DNA of 51,360 nt from Candidatus Heimdallarchaeota archaeon (GCA_029882335.1 JAOUKW010000001.1:1-51360); one strand, 5' to 3'. Shown: positions 9,552 to 17,862, counted from the stretch's first letter. Made by a program: numbers and translations. Notes: generated from the letters alone by a model not told the origin.

Positions 9552-11497
9552 CCTAGACTTTTGTAGGTAATATTACTTCAAGTTAAGTAAGTATAGTGAT
9601 TCTGCCAAACGGCACTTGATGGATACCTTGGCTGAGAAACCGACGAAGGGCGTGGCTAGCTGCGATAAGCTTAGGGGAGACGCATGCAGTCTTCGATCCT
9701 AAGATCCCCGAATAGGAATCCATTGTACGTCCAAAAAGCGTACAAATCCTCTTTTGAGGAAGGGAACCCACTGAACGAAAGCATTCAAGTAAGTGGTGGA
9801 AAAGAAAGCAACAGCGATTTCCTTAGTAACGGCGAGTGAAAAGGAACCATGGTCAAACCGAATATTATTTTGAAAAAAATAATAGATGTGGTGTTGTGGA
9901 CCGAAACCAATGCTTAGCAGACATAAATCGAACTCTTTTGGAACAAAGGGCCATAGAGGGTGAAAGCCCCGTAGATGTAAGTCTGTTGCTACGAGTTTCG
10001 TCATCCAGACTAGGGCGCATTGGGTGTTGCGTCCAAACTTCGAGAACTAACTCGAAAACCTAAATATTAATCTCAGACCGATAGAAAACTAGTAAATTGA
10101 TTGAAAGGTGAAAAGTAGCGGTAACACGCAGTGAAAAGAGCTTGAAATCAAGTGCTTATAGAGTATAATGGCGTAAAAGGATAGAGACTCGATGTACCTA
10201 TAATCGGTGACGATTCTACGGGAATCGAGTTTACCAGCGTCATTGTGTCAGTCTTGAAACACTGGTCAGGGAGTTTATTCGAGTGGTGAGACCAAGATAA
10301 TATCTAAATCGTAGGGAAACCAATCAGTCCGCAGCATTGCAAGGGACAACGTCTGAAAGGGCGTGAAATCACTCGAATAAGATGCGAAAGGCGTCGATCT
10401 ATGCGTGGCCAGGTTGAAGCCGTGGGAAACTACGGTGGAGGACCGAAGGGGTATTGATATACAACTCATTCCTCTGAGCTGCGTTTAGTAGTAATAGGCT
10501 AATCTAGGCGTCTGATAGCACATTACCGTCGAAGTGGAGCCGCAGTCCAGCGTTGGGCGAGTAAAATTTGAAGGTAGAGTACAGACAGTGTTGGAATGGG
10601 GAATTTATTCCTCGCCGCACCATCTAACTCCGAATGTCAAATTTATTTAGACCCCAGCAGTCGGGCGGGTCGCCGTAAGGGTGATCGCCGAGAAGCGAAT
10701 AAGCTAGATTTGGGTTAAGGGCCCTAAATGTCAATTAAGTGTAAAAATGAAGAGCGTCGTATTCCGAAGACAATGTGATGGTAAGCTTAGAAACAGCTAT
10801 CCATTAAAAAGTACGTACTAGTTTACACATCGAGGAATACGGCCTTGAAAATGGACGGGGCTAAAATTGACTCCCGATACCCAAAGGCATGTATAACAAC
10901 ATGATCCGGTAGACGGTCGATCGGCGAGGGTTGAAGCAGGTTGGTGATGACCTGTGGACCTCGTCGATGCGCAGATCCTGATAGTAGTAGGCAGAAAATA
11001 TGGGTGAAAATCCCATAGGTCGAAAAGGCAAGGGTTCCTGGGCAACGTCAATCGACCCAGGGTAAGTCGATCCTAAGAGTAGCCTTAGTATGGTTATCTC
11101 AAAAGGGAAACAGGTTCATATTCCTGTACCACGCTTGAAAACCGGCAACGATAGGAGGAGATCAGACGTTTGTGGATAGGCTTTTCTGGATCGTCGTCCA
11201 GACTAAGTATATAATTCCGGGGAGTAATGTTACATTGAGAACCGGAAAAAATTACCAATGGCCCACCAATAGTGGTAGGTAAGGTCGATTTCCAAAAACC
11301 CATGAAAATGATCTTCTTTAATACAGCGTGATCGTACCAACAACCGACACGGGTGTCCTTAGGCTGAGAAAGCTAAGACCTCTTGGAGTAATGCAGGCAA
11401 GGGAATTCGGCAAATTAGGCGAGTAACTTAGGGATAATCGCTGCCTTTACATGTTCACGCGTGCGAAGGTGTCACTAACTCAGGAAACCCGACTGTT

Positions 11498-11917
11498 AAA
11501 TTTTGTTTGACAGTAAGTGTCCTGATGAAAATCGGGGCAAGTTACATGCGATGTAGCAACATCATCAAATTGCGGGAAAATCCTAAAGCTATTAATACTC
11601 TTCATTCTGAGAAATCTGAATAGAAAACCAGGGTAATGACCTCGGGCATAGTAACAACTTAATAGATATATGGACGATCCGCAGCCAAGCTCTAACTCAA
11701 TTTATTGATATGAGTGCAGTTCAACGACTAAACGGTGATGGGTGATAAATCTCATTGATTTATTGCTTAAGATATAGTCTGTCTCGCTAGAAATAGTGTT
11801 TGTCGTAAATGTATAATATGAAATCGCAATTAGAGTAATATTATAAGAAAGGACAGAATTGATATTGTGAAAGAAAGTAATTTAAATTTTACTCATCATG
11901 ATATTATAGTGAAAACG
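11498..11917 (+). ncRNA. Group I self-splicing intron (ORF-less, 420 nt) within 23S rRNA
   Basis: - It splits the universal GACUGUU|UAACAAAAACA block.
- P1: exon actgtt 11492-11497 pairs with gacagt 11509-11514 and ends in a U.G pair.
- P10: ttttgtt 11501-11507 pairs with exon aacaaaa 11919-11925.
- The intron ends in G (11917).
- Core elements: tcaaattgcgggaaaatcc (P, 11565-11583), atccgcagccaagctctaa (Q, 11677-11695), gcagttcaacgactaaacgg (R, 11716-11735), aagatatagtctg (S, 11769-11781).
- P7 is gacta/tagtc. Confidence 0.85.
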
Positions 11918-12590
11918 TAACAAAAACATAGCAAACTGCTACGCTGAAAAGCTTTGTATAGTTTGTGAATCCTGCTCCGTGCTGGTAAGTCAAATCCGGG
12001 TTCAACCGGGCTAAGCTCCAGTTAACAGCGGGAGTAACCATGACTCTCTTAAGGTAGGCAAATGCCTTGTCGGATAATTACCGACGCCCATGAAGGGACC
12101 AACGAGGTTTCCACTGTCCCTGCCTGGAATCCAGTGAACCTACAGTCCGGCGAACAGTCCGGAGAGTTCCGTTGGGAAGAGAAGACCCTGAGAGCTTTAC
12201 TATAGCTTCCAGTTGTTTATTCGGCTCTCGTACAGAGCGTAGTTAGGAGACTTTGAAGTCAGGTCCCCGGGCCTGATGGAGTCAACAATGGAACACTAAC
12301 TTCGTGGGCTGGATAGACTCACCTGTTGCGACGGGGACACCTGGTGGTGGATAGTTTGGCTGGGGCGGCACGCCTCCGATAAGGAAACAGAGGCGTCCAA
12401 AGGTCGGCTCAGGAGGGACAGAAATCCTCCGTAGAGTACAAGGGCATAAGCCGGCTTTACTGTGAGCACAAAAATCCTGCTCGCTGTTAAGAAATTAGGG
12501 CCTAGCGATCCATCCAATTGCCTTTAGTAGGCGTGGGTGGTGGCAGAAAAGTTACCTCAGGGGTAACAGAGTTGTCGCGGGCTATAGTCC

Positions 12591-12952
12591 ACACATGTGG
12601 TTTAGTCAATCATACCTCAACTTTTCTGGTCTCTGTGTTCGTTATATTGATCTAATAGATCACTTAACCACCAAAGAAATAAAAATAGTAATGCTTTTAG
12701 CACTCATTGCCGTGAGTGCACCACTTCAGGTCTTTCCTAACGTATAAGGGAAGAAGAATATCCAAACCGATCACACCACAGTAGGGTTTTCCCAATGATC
12801 TGTGTGTTGGTCTAGAATCCATTAAACTCCCCTTATACCCTAAGAGTAGATCTGAATGGCCGTAAAGTTATTACATTTCCCAGCATAATGTTTATCTATG
12901 AAATGTCTAACAATGGTTAACTAAACCCTCAAGCTGAGGCTTGTATTGGGAT
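12591..12952 (+). other. Second ORF-less insertion (about 362 nt) in 23S rRNA at the helix 89 apex; intron or intervening sequence of unresolved class
   Basis: The flanks gtcgcgggc-tatagtcca and tattgac-cccgcggcttgc rebuild the conserved H89 stem and a 16-nt loop (UAUAGUCCAUAUUGAC; archaeal consensus as recalled is GAGAGCCCAUAUCGAC). The insert is visibly AT-richer. It is structured: closing stems 12599-12606/12920-12927 and 12664-12670/12914-12920, hairpins at 12700-12719 and 12731-12754. The junction is ambiguous by 1 nt. Confidence 0.7.
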
Positions 12953-13511
12953 ATATTGACCCCGCGGCTTGCTTCCTCGATGTCGGCTCTTCCTCGCTTG
13001 GTGTTGCATAGGGCACCTAGAGTAGGGTTGTTCGCCCGTTAATAGGGAACGTGAGCTGGGTTCAGACCGTTGTGAGACAGGTTGGTTTCTATCTAACGGA
13101 ACTGTTGGGTGATTGTAAGCAAAATGACTTCAGTACGAGAGGAACGAGTTGTTGTGGCCTCTGGTCGATGGGTTGTCTGACAAGGCACTGCCCAGTAGCT
13201 ACGCCATTACAGATAAGAGCTGAAAGCATCTAAGCTCGAAGCTGTTCTTGAAAAGAATCACCCACTCAGCAATAGTTGATAAAGTCAAATTTGTACTTCC
13301 AGTACAAATACAATGATAAAATCATTCTGGGATCAGTGATGATAACGGAAATATATTGCAGACGAGGACATGGAAAAAAGATCCGTTGAAAGGAATGGGG
13401 TGTAAGCGTTGAGCTCCGGCGAAATGTTTAGCCCACATTTACTTACGTCCAAGGCGTTTCACTTGAAAGCTTTTCGAGGAGTAGTACCTAGAGCAATTGT
13501 ATAGGAAGAGT

Positions 13512-13538
13512 AAGAAGAATATCGATAAGTCATGGTGG
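13512..13538 (+). repeat. 3' arm of the 23S rRNA processing stem
   Basis: aagaagaatatcg (13512-13524) and taagtcatggtgg (13526-13538) are reverse complements of 9539-9551 and 9492-9504. In addition, acttgaa 13461-13467 pairs with ttcaagt 9577-9583. Confidence 0.75.
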
Positions 13539-13547
13539 TATAACTTA

Positions 13548-13576
13548 TTTTTATCTTAACCGTAAGATTATTTTTT
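13548..13576 (+). terminator. Candidate oligo-T termination signals downstream of the 23S processing stem
   Basis: T5 at 13548-13552 and T6 at 13571-13576 lie directly after the 3' processing arm. Archaeal RNA polymerase terminates at oligo-T tracts. The background is T-rich, so specificity is low. Confidence 0.3.
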
Positions 13577-13643
13577 ATTTATTCTTTAAATCAGTTTACA
13601 CTCAGTATTTGTTATTAAAATACAACAATAATAATAAAATTAG

Positions 13644-14516
13644 TTAGGAATACTTATCTAGAAAATCAATAATTAAATTTGCAAGTGGTAATTCTTCAAA
13701 ACTATCTGTCATGTATCCAATTCCTTCATATATACTAGTTTCAATTGCTAGAACTTTTGGAATTGGCAATTTTAGCTGAGTTAATGAAAGAAATTGATTA
13801 GAAGAATTAAATAATTTTGCCTCACCTCTTAACATTAAATCTTTTTTGTTCAATAAAACTAGTACTGGTGTTTCTTCATTACGATAATGAATAACTTTTT
13901 CAAACGCTTTTGCTACTTCTAATAGGTTATTTGATGTCGCATCAATTATGAAAAAAATGCAATTTGATTTAGAAATTGCCTCTTCCCAAAGATACCAAAA
14001 ATCTTGCTGCCCTCCCATGTCTAATGTATTTACAATACTTGAACCAAGTTTAAAATTTTTCACTGATTTTCCCATTGTAGGAACGCTAGTAATTAATCTA
14101 GTTTCTCTCTCAGGTATCAGTGTAGATAGATATCTTACTAATGAAGTTTTACCAACTCTTGAAGGTCCTGCGATTGATATTGTTAGGTTTTTTGTGTGAA
14201 TTTTAGAAAATAATTTTTTTCGTAGTTTAGTAAAAATGGAAATATTAGACTTATCATTTTTAAAAAATGGAATTTCAGGGACACGTAATACTTCAGGTAA
14301 TTCATCTTCATTTAAAGCGATTGTATCACCTAAATATTCTCCTTTTTCATCAAAATAAACAATTCTGGTATGATCATTATGGAGAATTGAATAAGCACCA
14401 ATATCCATATCATTATTATTTGATCTAATTTTGATTTCTTCATCTGATATCATTACAGTATCATATCTTCCACATGCTTCACAATCTAATGTTCTAATTA
14501 TAATTTGATTGTTCAT
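13644..14516 (-). CDS. Arf/Sar-like small GTPase with a novel N-terminal CxxC...HxDH module
   Basis: C-terminal G domain: G1 GPSRVGKTS, G2 PTMG, G3 plus Arf-type interswitch DMGGQQDFWYLW, G4 NKKD. The N-terminal ~100 aa (IIIRTLDCEACGRYD...HNDHTRIVYFDEKGEYLGDTIALN) is shared with the paralog at 24088-24984. Confidence 0.75.
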   Translation of the reverse strand: MNNQIIIRTLDCEACGRYDTVMISDEEIKIRSNNNDMDIGAYSILHNDHTRIVYFDEKGEYLGDTIALNEDELPEVLRVPEIPFFKNDKSNISIFTKLRKKLFSKIHTKNLTISIAGPSRVGKTSLVRYLSTLIPERETRLITSVPTMGKSVKNFKLGSSIVNTLDMGGQQDFWYLWEEAISKSNCIFFIIDATSNNLLEVAKAFEKVIHYRNEETPVLVLLNKKDLMLRGEAKLFNSSNQFLSLTQLKLPIPKVLAIETSIYEGIGYMTDSFEELPLANLIIDFLDKYS

Positions 14517-14608
14517 GAAATTAATAAAAAAATCTAAAATAAATACTACTTTAGTTTTTTTAATTTAATTTTTAAAAAATTGTTAATTTACCACCAAACA
14601 AAAATGAT

Positions 14609-15079
14609 CTAGAAAGCGAGATATAATAAAATAAAAATGATTATTCCTCCACAATAACTGATTAACCACGATAAAAAGGTAATTTTTCCAAATGATTTAT
14701 GTTTATCACGATACTCCTTATCAAAATAGGGAATGTTGTTGGTGGTTGTTTTTTCAAATTTTAGCGAGGAAGTAAGATGTTTAATTATTAATATAATGGA
14801 TATTATCGCTGTAAAAATATGAATAACTAAAGTTGGATAATAAACAAAATATTTTATGTTAGAAGATCCTATAAATTCAGTTTCTTGACCTAATGAAAAA
14901 CGGATAATATACTGAACCAAAAAAATTGCATTGATGACTGCTGCTAAAAGCATTAACAAGCGGTGATTTTTAAAATTTCGAATTTTTGCCATTCTAAATG
15001 CGATTAATAAAACAGTTAACCCCAAAGCTATGGTGAAAAAACCTGTCACTGCCAAAGTAGATGCAGTATTTATATGCAT
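14609..15079 (-). CDS. Integral membrane protein, DUF420-like (four TM segments)
   Basis: The TM pattern with conserved K..H after TM1 (FKNHRLLMLLAA), a histidine in TM3 (VIHIFTAI) and a C-terminal KH...W stretch resembles my memory of the DUF420 family. Weak call. Confidence 0.4.
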   Translation of the reverse strand: MHINTASTLAVTGFFTIALGLTVLLIAFRMAKIRNFKNHRLLMLLAAVINAIFLVQYIIRFSLGQETEFIGSSNIKYFVYYPTLVIHIFTAIISIILIIKHLTSSLKFEKTTTNNIPYFDKEYRDKHKSFGKITFLSWLISYCGGIIIFILLYLAF

Positions 15080-15130
15080 AAGTTAACAAAGATAGTGAAA
15101 TAGAAAAAGATTACTACTAGGAATATTGCT

Positions 15131-16006
15131 TTATCTAAAATAATCAAATATAGAATTTCTATCTATGTTATCCAATCCAAGTTTTTCTTTTACTACAATT
15201 TTATTCCTTGCAACAGGATCTGTTTCATCTAAGGTAGGAATTGTAGTTTCATAAAATATTCCAGTTGGTATTTTTTCTCCCCATTCAAGACTTCTAGAAA
15301 AAGCATCACTTAGATTTGATTTATCAAAATTAATGTCTTCTAATTTGTATACTCGTTGTTTAAACCATTGAAATGTATTTAGCTTATTAAATGTTACACA
15401 AGGGCTTAGTACATCTATAAATGAAAATCCTTTATGATTTAAAGCTCTTTCAATTAAATATCGTAGATGTTTAGTGTCTCCACTAAATCCTCTTGCAACA
15501 AATGTTGCTCCTGCTCCCAATGCCAGTGAAATGGGGTTAATTGGTCTTTCATCTACTCCAGAGGGTGTTGTTAAAGTTATATGTCCCTGTTGAGATGAGG
15601 GTGATGATTGACCAAGTGTTAATCCATAAATCTGATTATTCATAACCATATATACTATATTGATATTTCTCCTAGCAGTGTGGATAAAATGACCTACCCC
15701 AATTCCATAACCATCTCCATCTCCTCCAGCTACAATAATTTTTAAACTTGGATTGACCATATGCAGACCATAGGCTGCAGGTAATGCACGTCCATGTATC
15801 ATATGAATACCATACGCTGAAGTCCAATGGGGAAAAGAACTAGAACAACCAATTCCACTAATTATTACAGTCTCATTCGGTTGATATCCTAAATCTGATA
15901 AAACAGATGTAGTTGCAGATAATAAACCATAATCTCCACACCCAGGACACCAATTTGGTTTTACATCTCCTTTAAATTTTATTTTTTCTAATTCATCTTT
16001 ATTCAT
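15131..16006 (-). CDS. korB: 2-oxoacid:ferredoxin oxidoreductase, beta (TPP-binding) subunit
   Basis: N-terminal WCPGCGDYG, TPP-binding GGDGDGYGIG...NNQIYGLT. It overlaps the upstream alpha subunit by 8 nt. Confidence 0.85.
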   Translation of the reverse strand: MNKDELEKIKFKGDVKPNWCPGCGDYGLLSATTSVLSDLGYQPNETVIISGIGCSSSFPHWTSAYGIHMIHGRALPAAYGLHMVNPSLKIIVAGGDGDGYGIGVGHFIHTARRNINIVYMVMNNQIYGLTLGQSSPSSQQGHITLTTPSGVDERPINPISLALGAGATFVARGFSGDTKHLRYLIERALNHKGFSFIDVLSPCVTFNKLNTFQWFKQRVYKLEDINFDKSNLSDAFSRSLEWGEKIPTGIFYETTIPTLDETDPVARNKIVVKEKLGLDNIDRNSIFDYFR

Positions 16007-17786
16007 TTTTAAATTCCTCCAATTGAAATATTTTTTTAATTATCAAGTTGGGTGTTGATGTTTCTCCATTTAGATGCTTAATTCGATTATTAACTTTCCA
16101 ATCCACATATAAGTATAATAATTGTTCAAATTGATTTGTATAATTAATTTCAAACATTATGCTGTATTTAATTTGTTGCAATTTTTCCTTGGTTAATTGA
16201 ATTGGTATTGGAAATAAATTAGAAAAGGATAATGAATTCCAGCTGTATTTTGTAGATTTATTTAGTCTATCTACTGCTTCATTTACTGCACCTTGAGTAC
16301 TCCCCCAACAAATAATAGTGTAATCTGCGTCATTCGATCCATAAAACTCAGGTCCATCTAATTCTTCTTCAAGTTTTTTTACTTTTTTAAATCTTTTTTC
16401 AATCATTTTTTCACGAATTGTCCATGAATTGGGTAATCCACAACGATTTCCAGATAAAGAATGGGATTCTTCATCATGTTCTGCACCAACTAAAATATAA
16501 TTCGCTTCAGGTGTAGGTGGGAAAGCTCTTGGGGAGATACCATCTTCAGTAAATTGAAATCTTTTAAATTTTGGAAACTCTGATGATGGTTTTTGCCATA
16601 TCTTTCCTCTATTGATTTTTATATTTAAATCCACTTCAGGAATATTTTTGGTTTGTTCACTTAACGCAAAATCAGATAAAATAATAACAGGAATTTGATA
16701 TTTATCCGCAACATTGAAAGCTTTTACAGTTAGCTCAAAACATTCCTCGATATTTCTAGGTGCGAAAATAGCTCTGGGGCTTTCTCCATGTGATAAACTA
16801 ATCATGGATAACAGATCTGCCTGTTCCATTTTTGTTGGGATCCCTGTTGATGGTCCTGCTCTCATAGAATTAACTACTACAATCGGTGTTTCTGTCATTG
16901 AAGCATATCCAAAAGCTTCTGCCATAAGTGATATTCCCGGTCCTGAGCTTGCAGTCATAGCTCTTGCACCACCAAAGGAAGCACCAATAATCATATTTAT
17001 TGCGGCTAATTCATCTTCCGCTTGTCTTACAATAATTCCGAATTTAGCAGCATTCATTGCTAAATACGTTAGTATTGAAGAAGCCGGTGTGATTGGATAT
17101 TGTGCGAGAAATTTCAATCCACTAGCTGCCGCGCCAAGTGCTATCATTTGATTACCATTGATGACTATATTGTCCAATTTACCATTAGATGGTCCCAGTC
17201 TCCTTGATACATCTTGTTCTGTATTGTAATTGAAACCTATTTGCAATGCTGTTAGATTATATTCTAATATCTTTGAATTTTTAGCAAATCTCTTTTTTAA
17301 TATTTCATGATATTGTTCAATTGGTAAATTAAATAATTTTAGAAATACTCCCATCGCTATTGTATTCGCCAATATTAAACTTCTAGATTCAATATTTCTA
17401 GCATTTGTGGTAAGCGGTAACGATACAAGATGAATTTCTTTTTCAACTATTTTTATATTAAATTCATCAGTGTTTACGATATCTGAATTTGTTATAATAA
17501 TCCCGTTATTTTTTACATTGTTGAAGTGTACATCTAATGTTTGTTTGTTTAGAGCAAATAACACATCTAATTCTTCATCAAAATGATCAATTCTTGTTAT
17601 CGCAACTTGGAGGTGTTGCCAAACATGCCCACCTCGAATTGTACTTTGAGTACCTGGAATCCCAAATACTGAGTATCCTAGTGAATTAAAATATTTTTGC
17701 ATTAGCAAGCCTGTAGATTGTAATCCATCACCGGCAGCACCTCCCCACTTCAACGATATTAATGGATAAGAAATTTCATTTACCAT
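15999..17786 (-). CDS. korA: 2-oxoacid:ferredoxin oxidoreductase, alpha subunit (fused gamma-alpha type)
   Basis: 595 aa. Gamma-like N-terminus GGAAGDGLQSTG, alpha-domain GYPITPAS-like YPITPASS, and SSGPGISLM. The two-subunit arrangement resembles Sulfolobus-type OFOR. Confidence 0.85.
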   Translation of the reverse strand: MVNEISYPLISLKWGGAAGDGLQSTGLLMQKYFNSLGYSVFGIPGTQSTIRGGHVWQHLQVAITRIDHFDEELDVLFALNKQTLDVHFNNVKNNGIIITNSDIVNTDEFNIKIVEKEIHLVSLPLTTNARNIESRSLILANTIAMGVFLKLFNLPIEQYHEILKKRFAKNSKILEYNLTALQIGFNYNTEQDVSRRLGPSNGKLDNIVINGNQMIALGAAASGLKFLAQYPITPASSILTYLAMNAAKFGIIVRQAEDELAAINMIIGASFGGARAMTASSGPGISLMAEAFGYASMTETPIVVVNSMRAGPSTGIPTKMEQADLLSMISLSHGESPRAIFAPRNIEECFELTVKAFNVADKYQIPVIILSDFALSEQTKNIPEVDLNIKINRGKIWQKPSSEFPKFKRFQFTEDGISPRAFPPTPEANYILVGAEHDEESHSLSGNRCGLPNSWTIREKMIEKRFKKVKKLEEELDGPEFYGSNDADYTIICWGSTQGAVNEAVDRLNKSTKYSWNSLSFSNLFPIPIQLTKEKLQQIKYSIMFEINYTNQFEQLLYLYVDWKVNNRIKHLNGETSTPNLIIKKIFQLEEFKNE

Positions 17787-17862
17787 ATTATTCCTAATTT
17801 ATGATTGTTTGTCATATATATTTAGCTTAAGATAAAAAATATACTAGAAATATAAAAAAAAA

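Larger units (their letters stand above)
9581..13447 (+). rRNA. rrl: 23S (LSU) rRNA gene, interrupted by two insertions; ends approximate (+/-15 nt)
   Basis: Universal LSU blocks appear in order on the + strand:
- ggataccttggc...cgacgaagg...gctgcgataagc (5' domain)
- gactgtt[...]taacaaaaacatagc
- ctcttaaggtaggcaaatgcc
- gaagaccctg
- ggggtaacag
- cctcgatgtcggctcttcc
- gagctgggttcagaccgttgtgagacag
- gctgaaagcatctaagc (3' domain)

The 5'/3' terminal helix is taagtaa 9584-9590 with ttactta 13439-13445. Total length is about 3.87 kb versus about 3.0-3.1 kb expected. Confidence 0.95.

Noticed and set aside
9080-9580. Replication origin (ORB / mini-ORB repeats) in the AT-rich spacer next to the PolD small-subunit gene
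   Set aside because: There are only two short direct repeats of ggatttttt (9309-9317 and 9456-9464) and a small palindrome, gcgacagtcgc (9320-9330). There are no repeated ORB-like elements of about 20 nt and no cdc6/orc1 gene nearby. The region is more simply the 23S promoter and leader.
11498-12952. Homing endonuclease (LAGLIDADG, GIY-YIG or His-Cys box) ORFs inside the two rRNA insertions
   Set aside because: No ORF of 60 aa or more maps within 11498-11917 or 12591-12952 on either strand. By eye both inserts are riddled with stops. They are ORF-less.
12575-12965. Canonical bulge-helix-bulge (EndA) splice motif at the junctions of the second rRNA insertion
   Set aside because: I tried to pair the first intron bases with the first 3'-exon bases, as required for the central 4-bp helix (caca or acat versus tatt or attg), and found no complementarity. 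The pairing that does exist (tcca 12588-12591 with tggg 12947-12950, and tata 12583-12586 with tata 12952-12955) has the wrong topology for BHB. It is left unresolved rather than called.
9583-13233. Eight ORFs of 60-101 aa from the six-frame track (for example 9699-10004, 9836-10063, 10818-11051, 12296-12517, 13051-13233)
   Set aside because: All lie inside the 23S rRNA gene, on both strands, in its relatively GC-rich stop-poor sequence. They are translation artefacts of structural RNA.
13450-13643. 5S rRNA or tRNA downstream of the 23S gene
   Set aside because: The interval holds only the 3' processing arm and AT-rich spacer with T tracts. No GC-rich segment of about 120 nt and no cloverleaf could be drawn.
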